The notes below the pieces were generated by a model. The model did not search any database. It had not been told where the DNA came from and worked only from the letters and a program-made list of their open reading frames with translations. DNA of 51,051 nucleotides from Actinomycetota bacterium (GTDB lineage: Bacteria; Actinomycetota; UBA4738; HRBIN12): the NCBI GenBank assembly GCA_050692375.1, contig JBOGVK010000243.1, positions 1-51,051 on the forward strand. Direction: 5' to 3'. Position numbers and translations under genes: made by a program. Position 1 is the stretch's first letter. The number at the start of each line of letters is the position of its first letter. Positions 16,735-24,478 of this stretch are shown piece after piece.

Positions 16735-18039
16735 ATGGACACCCAAGGCAAGCGACTCCGGCTCCTCTACCCCGATCTCCATGGCCTGGAACGCGGCGAG
16801 TACCTCTACGGGGAAAAGGCTGCCGAGGGCATCGCGGCCTTCTGCGTCGGGGTCTATCCGCTCACGCACGACAAAGAGATCCTCGCGATCCCACGGACGC
16901 AGTTCGACGTCGGGCTGCACGATGTCGAGGCCACGCTCGACCGCGACTCCCTCCATCGCGGCTGGGAGCCGAACACCGTCGTCGGCGTCGCCGACGTCGA
17001 GCTGTACGGGGAGCCGGCGCCGTGGGACCCGCGCCACGTTCTGCGTCAGGCCGTCGAGCCGTGGCGGAAGATGGGCCTGGAACCCCAGATCGCGTTCGAG
17101 CTCGAGTTCTACCTGTTGGAGCCCGATGCCGGTGGATGGCGACCGGTGGCGGTCCCGTCGCACCGCGTCTACGGCACCGGCATGTCGGTCGACCCCACGG
17201 GCGTGATCGACGAGCTCGTCGACACCGCCATGACGTGTGGATTCCCGGTCGAGGGTTGGTGCAGCGAGTACGACAACGCCGCCTACGAGGTGAACATCAA
17301 GTACGCCGACGCGATCCCCGCGGCCGACGAGGCGTTCCTGTTCAAGCTCCTGGTGCGCGAGATCTGCGAGCGGCACGGCAAGCTCGCGACCTTCCTCGGT
17401 CGACCGCTCGGCGATCGGGGCGGGAGCGGCCTCCACGTGAACTTCTCGTTCCGTCAGAAGGACGGGTCGAACGCGTTCCACGATCCGAACGATCCCGAAG
17501 GGTTGTCGGACCTGACGCGCAAGTGCGTGGCGGGATTGCTCGCCCATCACGAAGGAATGGCCGCGATCTTGGCTCCGCACGTGAACGCGTACAAGCGTCT
17601 GCAGCCGGACATGCTGAATGGCTACTGGGCGAACTGGGGACACGACGACCGGAGCGTCGGCGTACGGATACCCCCGACACGCGGTCAGGGAACGCGCATC
17701 GAGCAACGCACGTCCGACGCCGCCGCGAATCCGTACCTCGCTGCCGCGGCCATCTTGCACGCGGCCCGGCTGGGTGTCGAACACGAGCTGGAGCTGCCGC
17801 CGCCCCAGCCGCCGGGCGAGGCACCGAACACAGATTCCCGCATCCCACCCAACCTGGATGCCGCTCTCAACGCCTTGGCCGCCGACGACGAGCTGGTGGA
17901 TTCCCTCGGTCGTGAGATGGTAGAGGCCTTCACGATCCTGAAGCGGGCCGAGTGGGAACGGTACATCGCTTCGGGCGCCGACCCCGAGACGATCGAGGTG
18001 ACCCCATGGGAGATCGACTATTACATGCCGTTCCACTGA
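16735..18039 (+). CDS. glutamine synthetase family protein (GS-like gamma-glutamyl ligase)
   Basis: ORF 16663..18039 trimmed to ATG 16735 (GAGGAGG upstream). Motifs AFELEFYLL, GSGLHVNFSF, NAYKRL, DRSVGVRIP and RIEQRTSDAAANPYL match type I GS catalytic-domain motifs. The short N-terminal domain resembles PuuA/GlnA2-4-like paralogs. Confidence 0.85.
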   Translation: MDTQGKRLRLLYPDLHGLERGEYLYGEKAAEGIAAFCVGVYPLTHDKEILAIPRTQFDVGLHDVEATLDRDSLHRGWEPNTVVGVADVELYGEPAPWDPRHVLRQAVEPWRKMGLEPQIAFELEFYLLEPDAGGWRPVAVPSHRVYGTGMSVDPTGVIDELVDTAMTCGFPVEGWCSEYDNAAYEVNIKYADAIPAADEAFLFKLLVREICERHGKLATFLGRPLGDRGGSGLHVNFSFRQKDGSNAFHDPNDPEGLSDLTRKCVAGLLAHHEGMAAILAPHVNAYKRLQPDMLNGYWANWGHDDRSVGVRIPPTRGQGTRIEQRTSDAAANPYLAAAAILHAARLGVEHELELPPPQPPGEAPNTDSRIPPNLDAALNALAADDELVDSLGREMVEAFTILKRAEWERYIASGADPETIEVTPWEIDYYMPFH

Positions 18040-18941
18040 TCGCGACCCGCCGGACCCGCGTCCTCGCCGCGCTGACGCTCGTCCTGCTCGGCGGCCAACC
18101 CGCCGCGGCCATGATCCCTCCCGCGCGCACAACGCCGCTGGCAGGTCCGTCGCACATCGTCGTCCTGGTCATGGAGAACCACGAGGTCGGCGACATCATG
18201 GGCCACCATTCGGCAGCACCGTACTTCCGCTCTCTGGCGCGCGCCTCGGTGAACCTGACCGGGCTCTACGCCACGACGCATCCGAGCCTGCCCAACTACC
18301 TCGCGCTGACCTCCGGCGGTACGCAAGGGATCACGTCGGACTGCACGACGTGCTTCGTCTCGGCGCCGAACATCGTGGATCAGCTGGCGCACGCCGGGAT
18401 CTCGTGGAAGGCCTACATGGAGGCGATCCCGGGAGCGTGCTCCACCGTCCCGTTCGCCGGCACCTACGCGCTGAAGCACGACCCCTTCATGTACTACGAC
18501 GACATCCGGAACAGCCACCGCCGTTGCCGCAACGTCGTGCCGCTCGGTCAGCTGAGTACCGATCTCGCCGCGAACGCGCTGCCGCGATACGCGTGGATCA
18601 CGCCGGACCTCTGCCACGACATGCACAACTGTTCCGTGGCAACCGGGGATGCCTTCCTCAGCTCGTGGGTACCGAAGATCGTGGCCGGACTGGGAACGAA
18701 CGGCATCCTCATCGTGCTGTTCGACGAGGGCACCACGTCCGCGGGCTGCTGCAGCGGGCAGGCCGCCGGAGGACACATCGCCGGTCTCATCACGGGTCCT
18801 GGCGCCGGCTTGCGGGTGACGATCTCCACCAGCGTGGACCACTACTCGGTCCTGAAGCTGATCGAGGATGCATGGGGGCTGCAGGAGCTGGGGTCGGCCG
18901 CAAGCGCCCCTGCGATCGTGGGCTGGCAGCGCCGACCTTAG
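18006..18941 (+). CDS. phosphoesterase family protein (PLC / acid phosphatase AcpA type), probably secreted
   Basis: HIVVLVMENH, HPSLPNYLAL, WKAYME and DHYSVLK fit the Phosphoesterase family as I recall it. The hydrophobic N-terminus ...TRRTRVLAALTLVLLGGQPAAA looks like a signal. The start is ambiguous: ATG 18006 would overlap the GS-like gene by 34 nt, and the ORF track uses 17952. Confidence 0.7.
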   Translation: MGDRLLHAVPLIATRRTRVLAALTLVLLGGQPAAAMIPPARTTPLAGPSHIVVLVMENHEVGDIMGHHSAAPYFRSLARASVNLTGLYATTHPSLPNYLALTSGGTQGITSDCTTCFVSAPNIVDQLAHAGISWKAYMEAIPGACSTVPFAGTYALKHDPFMYYDDIRNSHRRCRNVVPLGQLSTDLAANALPRYAWITPDLCHDMHNCSVATGDAFLSSWVPKIVAGLGTNGILIVLFDEGTTSAGCCSGQAAGGHIAGLITGPGAGLRVTISTSVDHYSVLKLIEDAWGLQELGSAASAPAIVGWQRRP

Positions 18942-19537
18942 GCTCGGTCCTCCGTATCGTGCTTTCCCGCTTCCCATCGATCGCCATACCGTTCGGCGGC
19001 GAACGCGAGCGGGATCTCCTCGAGGTCGGTCGCCATCGTGTCGTTCCAACGATTCAGGAATCCGAAGAGACCGATCACGGAGAGCATCTCGACGATCTGA
19101 CCGTCATCCCAGTGGCGTCGGAGCTCCTCGAACGAAGCTGGCGTGACTTCGTTGGGAACCAGGGATGCATCACGGGCGAACCGAAGAGCTGCTCGCTCCC
19201 CGTCGTTATAGAGCGGTGAGCGCTCGAAGTCCCAGATCGCGGTGATCTTCTCATCGTTCACGCCGCGCATCTTCGCGTCGACGGCTTCGTGCGCCTGGCA
19301 GTACCGGCAGCCCGCAGCGACGCTCGAGACGATCCCGATCAGCGGCTTCAGGTACGTGGGAAGCGTCCCGGTTCTCCAGATCTGCGTGATGAGCTCACTG
19401 AACGCGTGGAGGATCTCTGGCCGCCGTGCCATCGTGAAGAGACTGTTGGGCACGAATGAGAGCGTGTCGTCGTAGATCCGGAAGAGCTCCTCGAGCTCCG
19501 GATGCTCCTCCCGTCGGAGCGGCTTCATGTTGGTCAT
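18938..19537 (-). CDS. carboxymuconolactone decarboxylase / AhpD-like peroxidase-related family protein
   Basis: ORF 18938..19894 trimmed to the ATG at 19537 (MTNMKPL...; AGGAGG 6 nt upstream). The CRYCQAH motif is in the AhpD-like position. 199 aa. Confidence 0.8.
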   Translation of the reverse strand: MTNMKPLRREEHPELEELFRIYDDTLSFVPNSLFTMARRPEILHAFSELITQIWRTGTLPTYLKPLIGIVSSVAAGCRYCQAHEAVDAKMRGVNDEKITAIWDFERSPLYNDGERAALRFARDASLVPNEVTPASFEELRRHWDDGQIVEMLSVIGLFGFLNRWNDTMATDLEEIPLAFAAERYGDRWEAGKHDTEDRA

Positions 19538-19594
19538 CGGTCCTCCTGCTTCGCGCCGATGCGAGACACTATGCCGCACCCGACGGGAGGGGCG

Positions 19595-20404
19595 ATGCGG
19601 CTCGAGGGCAAGGTGGCGATCGTCAGCGGCGGAGGCACGGGGATCGGCGCCGCCACGGCGCGACTGCTCGCGCGTGAGGGCGCGTCGGTCGTCGTGACGG
19701 GCAGGCGCTCGGAGCCCATCCAAGCCGTGGCTTCGGAGTGCGCTGGGGTGGCGGTCGCGGGCGACATCGCCGATCCCGCTCACGCGGCCCAGGCGGTCGG
19801 CGCAGCGGTCTCGACCTTCGGCGGGCTGGACATCGTCGTGGCGAACGCCGGGATCGGCTTGGGCGGGTCGGCGGCCGAGACGACCGACGAGCAATGGCGT
19901 CGAACGATCGAGACGAACCTCACCGGCCAGTTCTCACTGGTCCGGGCCGCGCTCCCCCACCTGATCGATCGCGGGGGAGGCGCCATCGTCTTGGTGTCGT
20001 CGATCGGCGCGATCGTAGGCGGAACCGACAGCGCATCCTACTCGGCCTCGAAGACCGGGCTCCTGGGGCTGATGCGCTCGCTGGCCGTCGACTACGGACC
20101 GCTCGGCGTGCGGGCGAACGCGATCCTTCCCGGATGGGTCCAGACACCCATGGCCGACCGCGCGATGGATGAGCTCGCCTCGCGCGACGGCCTGTCGCGC
20201 GAGCAGGCCTACGTGGAAGCAACATCCAACGTTCCGCTGCGTCGGGCAGCCGGGCCGGATGAGATCGCCACCTGCTGCGTGTTCCTGGCATCGGCAGACT
20301 CGTCGTTCATCACCGGAGCCGCACTGGTCGTCGACGGCGGGGCCACGGTGGTCGATGTCGGAGGTCTCGCGTTCGATCCCCGTCGCTGGGAGCCGGCTCA
20401 GTGA
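19595..20404 (+). CDS. SDR family oxidoreductase
   Basis: Trimmed to ATG 19595 (GGGAGGGG upstream). VSGGGTGIG is the TGxxxGxG-type NAD(P) motif, NAG is present, and SYSASK is the YxxxK catalytic motif. Confidence 0.85.
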   Translation: MRLEGKVAIVSGGGTGIGAATARLLAREGASVVVTGRRSEPIQAVASECAGVAVAGDIADPAHAAQAVGAAVSTFGGLDIVVANAGIGLGGSAAETTDEQWRRTIETNLTGQFSLVRAALPHLIDRGGGAIVLVSSIGAIVGGTDSASYSASKTGLLGLMRSLAVDYGPLGVRANAILPGWVQTPMADRAMDELASRDGLSREQAYVEATSNVPLRRAAGPDEIATCCVFLASADSSFITGAALVVDGGATVVDVGGLAFDPRRWEPAQ

Positions 20405-20473
20405 GCTTGCCGGTTCAGGTCGTTCGGTAGCAAAATATCTCTCCACCTCTGAGCCGAACGCCGTAGGAGGAAC

Positions 20474-21721
20474 ATGGGTACGACGCTCGATCGGATCGAC
20501 CTGGTGAACCCGGACAACTACGTCGAGCGGGTGCCGTTCGAGTGGTTCGACGAGCTGCGGCACGAGCGCCCGGTGACGTGGCACGAAGAGCCGGCGCCGA
20601 ACAAGGGCTTCTGGGCGGTCACTCGTTACGACGACCTCACCGCGATCCACATGGATTGGCGGACCTACTCGTCGGAGACCGGAGCGGTGGCGCTCGAGGA
20701 GCTCGACGACGAGCAGCTCCAAGTCCGCAAGACGATGCTCGAGATGGATCCGCCTCGCCACACCGCTCTCCGCAAGATCTGCACGAAGAAGTTCTCGGCG
20801 CGCGGTGTCGGTGTCTACGAGGACTTCATCCGCGACGTCGCTCGCAGCGTCCTGGATCGTGCACTTCCCAAGGAGCGGTTCGATTTCGTATCCGAGATCA
20901 GCCGCGAGCTGCCGATCCGATTCCTCTGCTCGATCTTCACCGTTCCGCAGGAGGACGCGCCGGAACTGATCCGCTGGGGCGACAAGATGATCGCGAACCA
21001 GGACCCCGAGCTCTCCGACGCGGTGCCCGACCAGGTCGACACCGAGGCGTACCGGCTGCTTCCGTTCCGCTCCCCAGCGGCCTACGAGGTTTGGGCCTAC
21101 GCCGACCGCCAGAAGGAGCTCCGCCAGCGCGAGCCCACCGACGACGTGATCTCGGCGCTCACCGTGGCGCAGGACGAAGGCCTCCTGAACGACCACGACT
21201 TCCACAACTACTTCTCGCTGCTGATGATCGCGGGCAACGAGACCACGCGGCACACCATCACCTCGGGGATGCTCGCGTTGATGCAGAACCCCGAACAGCT
21301 CCAGCTGCTGAAGGACGATCCGTCGCTGATCTCGCGGGCGACCGAGGAGCTCCTCCGGTGGGCCACGCCGGTCTATCACTTCCGTCGCACGGCCACGCGC
21401 GACGTCGAGCTCCGTGGGCAGCAGATCAAGGCCGGCGACAAGGTGGTCACGTGGTACATCAGCGCGAACCGCGACGAGGAGGTCTTCCCCGATCCGTACC
21501 TGTTCGACGTGACCCGATGGCCGAACGACCACATCACGTTCGGGCCGGGCGGTCCGCATTTCTGCCTGGGGGCTCACCTGGCACGCCTGGAGACGAGGAT
21601 CCTGTTCGAGGAGCTCCTGCCTCGCCTGGCTTCGATCGAGCCCGCCGGGCCGGTGGAACGCATCCGCTCGAACTTCGTGAACGGCATCAAGCGGATGCCG
21701 GTGCGCGTCACCGCCAGCTAG
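20474..21721 (+). CDS. cytochrome P450, CYP125/124/142-like (steroid or lipid omega-hydroxylase type)
   Basis: AGGAGG RBS. MLEMDPPRHTALRK, AGNETTRH, ELLRWATP (EXXR) and FGPGGPHFCLGAHLAR (heme loop). Long colinear similarity to M. tuberculosis CYP125 as I remember that sequence. Confidence 0.9.
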   Translation: MGTTLDRIDLVNPDNYVERVPFEWFDELRHERPVTWHEEPAPNKGFWAVTRYDDLTAIHMDWRTYSSETGAVALEELDDEQLQVRKTMLEMDPPRHTALRKICTKKFSARGVGVYEDFIRDVARSVLDRALPKERFDFVSEISRELPIRFLCSIFTVPQEDAPELIRWGDKMIANQDPELSDAVPDQVDTEAYRLLPFRSPAAYEVWAYADRQKELRQREPTDDVISALTVAQDEGLLNDHDFHNYFSLLMIAGNETTRHTITSGMLALMQNPEQLQLLKDDPSLISRATEELLRWATPVYHFRRTATRDVELRGQQIKAGDKVVTWYISANRDEEVFPDPYLFDVTRWPNDHITFGPGGPHFCLGAHLARLETRILFEELLPRLASIEPAGPVERIRSNFVNGIKRMPVRVTAS

Positions 21722-21735
21722 TCCGCACGGACTAG
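21718..21735. terminator. perfect palindrome spanning both stop codons of convergent genes
   Basis: CTAGTCCG-CA-CGGACTAG. The P450 TAG (21719..21721) and the MarR TAG (complement of 21732..21734) lie in opposite arms. This is a possible bidirectional hairpin. Confidence 0.3.
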
Positions 21736-22232
21736 TCGCCGTTGCGATCCACGGCGCGGTACATCGAACGGAGCAGGCCCGCGAGGGCGTCCTGCTGCGC
21801 GCCGTCGAGATGCGAGGTCACGACGACCTCTTCGGCGTTGAACTTCGGGAAGAGCTGCTCGATCTTCTTCTTGCCTGACGCGGTCAACGACACCAGCACC
21901 ATCCGACCGTCGCAGGCGTCCTTGCGACGCCGAGCGAACCCCCGGCCTTCGAGCGTGGTCACGACACCGGTCGCGGTGGGCCGGCTGACCCCGACGGCTT
22001 GGGCGAACTGGCGTGATTCCATCTCGCCCCACACCCACAGGACCCACAGACCCGTGAACGAGGTCCACGACAAGCGATCGGGACCGAGCACGTTGGCCTC
22101 CATGTGGCGCCGGATCGCCGCCGACGCGCGGAACAGGTTCGACACCGCCCACATCGCTCGGAAGTCGAGCGACCGGTCTCCAAGCGCGTCGAGCACCTTG
22201 CGTTCGGCGGGAAGGAGATCGTCCTCGCTCAC
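21732..22232 (-). CDS. MarR family transcriptional regulator
   Basis: ORF 21732..22880 trimmed to the GTG at 22232 (VSEDDLLPAERK...; GTGA overlap with the decarboxylase stop). The winged-HTH region QFAQAVGVSRPTATGVVTTLEGRGFARR...DGRMVLVSLTASG is classic MarR. Confidence 0.8.
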   Translation of the reverse strand: MSEDDLLPAERKVLDALGDRSLDFRAMWAVSNLFRASAAIRRHMEANVLGPDRLSWTSFTGLWVLWVWGEMESRQFAQAVGVSRPTATGVVTTLEGRGFARRRKDACDGRMVLVSLTASGKKKIEQLFPKFNAEEVVVTSHLDGAQQDALAGLLRSMYRAVDRNGD

Positions 22233-23656
22233 GCCGTCGCCTCGCGCGCGAGACGTTGCCCCAGGTCGCGTGCGACCTCGAGGATGGCGAGCACGTCGTC
22301 GTCGGTCGTGCGGAAGTTGACGAAGCACGGGCGGAGCCAGACCTCCCCGTCGATCAGCGCGGACGCCAGGTAGACCCGTCCATCGGCTTGGATCGCCTTC
22401 GCGAGCGCCTCGTTGTGCACGTCGAGATCCCCCACACCCGCCGGCGTGTGACGGATGGGCACGATCGAGAGCTGGGGCGGGTCCGCCATGGTCTGGAAGT
22501 CCTCGGCGGCGCTCGCCGCGTCGTGGAGCAACACCGCCTCGTGGAGGTTCTTGGCGATCGCGTCGCGGAACTGGGGCGCGCCGTGTGCCCGGAACGCGAG
22601 CCACAGCTTCAACGCCCGGAACGGCCGGGAGTACTCGAGCGTGATGTCGACCGCGTGCAGCTCGTGCTGCTGGTGCGGCAGGTACCCCTCCTCGTGCGCG
22701 AACGCCCGGGTGAGCGCATCGCGCTCGCGCACCAGCACCACGCCGCACGCCTTGGGCAGGTAGAGCCACTTGTGCGCGTCGACGGAGACGGAGTCTGCCC
22801 GCTCGAGTCCCCGGAACAGCTCGCGAGAGGACGGCACCGATGCGGCCGGCAGCCCGTAGGCGCCGTCCACGTGGAGCCACACGCCTCGTTCAGCACAGAC
22901 GTCGGCGATCCGATCGATCGGATCGATCGCGCCCGTGAGCGTCGTGCCGCCCGTCGCCACGACGGCGACGGGCGTGATGCCCTCGGCCATATCCCGGTCG
23001 ATCGCGTCGGCCAGCGCATCCGGCCGCAGCCGGTGTGCCTCGTCGATCGGGAGGTCGCGGAGATTGTTCGACCCGATACCGAGGAGCTCCACCGCACGCG
23101 TGATCGAGTAGTGCACCTCGGAGGAGCAGTAGATCGCGGGACGTCGCCCCGACAATCCTTCCACGCGCGAACCCGGCAGCGCGTGCTCCCGGGCGGCCGC
23201 GAGCGCCGTCACGTTGCTGATCGTGCCGCCACTCGTGAACGCGCCGACCGCCGCGGGGAATCCGACGAACTCGCTCACCCACCGGACCGCCTGGTGCTCG
23301 ATCTCGGTGGCCGCTCGCGCGTCGACGGCCAGGTTGATGTCGTAGGTATGCGCCAGCAGGTCGGCGATCGTCCCGATCTCCAACCCCGAGGATCCGATGA
23401 ACGCGAAGTACCGTGGGCGAGGCTGCGCGATCGACTCGTCCAGGATCCGGGCCGCGTCATCCAGCGCCTCGTGCACCGACACCGGAGCGTCCGGCAACGC
23501 TGCGCCGAGGAGCCCGCGAACGCGCTCGTCGAGCGCGGGTTCCTCCGGCCGGTACCGGTCGAAGCTCCGCCACGCCTCCTCGACGAGCTTCGTTGCGTGG
23601 GCAAGAACCTCTTCGCGCGGGGCGCTGAGCCGCAGCGGTCGTTCGGGTTCCTGCAT
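22229..23656 (-). CDS. pyridoxal-dependent decarboxylase, group II (aromatic-L-amino-acid / tyrosine decarboxylase-like)
   Basis: 475 aa. GGTISN, HVDGAYG and SVSVDAHKWLYLPKACG (PLP-lysine HK motif) are present. Confidence 0.9.
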   Translation of the reverse strand: MQEPERPLRLSAPREEVLAHATKLVEEAWRSFDRYRPEEPALDERVRGLLGAALPDAPVSVHEALDDAARILDESIAQPRPRYFAFIGSSGLEIGTIADLLAHTYDINLAVDARAATEIEHQAVRWVSEFVGFPAAVGAFTSGGTISNVTALAAAREHALPGSRVEGLSGRRPAIYCSSEVHYSITRAVELLGIGSNNLRDLPIDEAHRLRPDALADAIDRDMAEGITPVAVVATGGTTLTGAIDPIDRIADVCAERGVWLHVDGAYGLPAASVPSSRELFRGLERADSVSVDAHKWLYLPKACGVVLVRERDALTRAFAHEEGYLPHQQHELHAVDITLEYSRPFRALKLWLAFRAHGAPQFRDAIAKNLHEAVLLHDAASAAEDFQTMADPPQLSIVPIRHTPAGVGDLDVHNEALAKAIQADGRVYLASALIDGEVWLRPCFVNFRTTDDDVLAILEVARDLGQRLAREATA

Positions 23657-23662
23657 CTCCCC

Positions 23663-23717
23663 GATGCTACTGTTCAGCAGCCACCCTCACGCGGCGCCAG
23701 CCGCGCACGGTAGCATC
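23663..23717. promoter_or_regulatory. symmetric divergent promoter/operator region (decarboxylase-marR operon vs SDR operon)
   Basis: The 8-bp inverted repeat GATGCTAC (23663..23670) / GTAGCATC (23710..23717) places GTAGCATC exactly 6 nt upstream of both start codons (23656 on minus, 23724 on plus). The embedded TAGCAT fits the -10 consensus TANNNT. An inner palindrome CGCGGC-GCCA-GCCGCG lies at 23690..23705. Confidence 0.35.
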
Positions 23718-23723
23718 CGCGCG

Positions 23724-24470
23724 ATGGAGCACCCGCTCGGCGACCAGATCGCGATCGTGACCGGGGCCGCGCGCGGCATCGGGCGGGCGACAGCGCAACG
23801 GCTGGCGCTCGAAGGCGCTCGCGTGGCGCTGCTCGACCTCGACGCCGACGCCGCCGAGCAAGCGGCCCACGCCATCGGCGGGAGCGCGAGCGCGCACCAG
23901 GTCGATATCTCGGATGAGGAGAGCGTCCGCGCCGGCGTAACCGACGTGCTCCGTGAGCACGGCCGGGTCGACGTCCTGGTTAACAACGCGGGGATCTATC
24001 CCCATACGCCATTCGGAGAGCTCGAGTTCGATGAGTGGCGGCGGGTGCTCTCCACGAACCTCGACGGCACGTTCCTGATGACGAAGGCCGTCTGGCCCGC
24101 CATGGTGGAGCACGGCTACGGCCGGATCGTGAACATCTCGTCGGCGACGTTCTGGATCGGCTATCCGGAGCTCGCCGCCTACATCACGAGCAAGGGCGGG
24201 CTCGTCGGGTTCACGCGCGGCCTCGCGGTCGAGGCGGGAGCCCATGGGATCACCGTGAACTGCATCACCCCCGGGTTCATCGCCACAGCGGGCTCGCAAG
24301 TCGAGGATCCGACCGGCGAGCTGTTCGATGAAATCGTCGCCGGTCAAGCCGTGAAGCGCCGCGGGGAACCCGAAGACGTGGCCGAGTGGATCGCGTTCCT
24401 GTCGAGCCCCGCGGCCGGCTACGTCACCGGACAGACCATCAACGTCGACGGCGGACACCGCTTCCACTAG
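23724..24470 (+). CDS. SDR family oxidoreductase
   Basis: ORF 23397..24470 trimmed to ATG 23724 (MEHPLGDQIAIVTGAARGIG...). Motifs TGAARGIG, NNAG and YITSK. Confidence 0.85.
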   Translation: MEHPLGDQIAIVTGAARGIGRATAQRLALEGARVALLDLDADAAEQAAHAIGGSASAHQVDISDEESVRAGVTDVLREHGRVDVLVNNAGIYPHTPFGELEFDEWRRVLSTNLDGTFLMTKAVWPAMVEHGYGRIVNISSATFWIGYPELAAYITSKGGLVGFTRGLAVEAGAHGITVNCITPGFIATAGSQVEDPTGELFDEIVAGQAVKRRGEPEDVAEWIAFLSSPAAGYVTGQTINVDGGHRFH

Positions 24471-24478
24471 GAGGTTCG

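Noticed and set aside
16603-18132. 509-aa minus-strand ORF, plus the 16584..17915 plus-strand alternate frame
   Set aside because: These are the antisense and alternate frames of the GS-like gene, which carries all GS catalytic motifs.
19934-21577. 547-aa minus-strand ORF
   Set aside because: It is fully antisense to the strongly supported CYP125-like P450, has no motifs, and its composition is typical of antisense frames in GC-rich genes.
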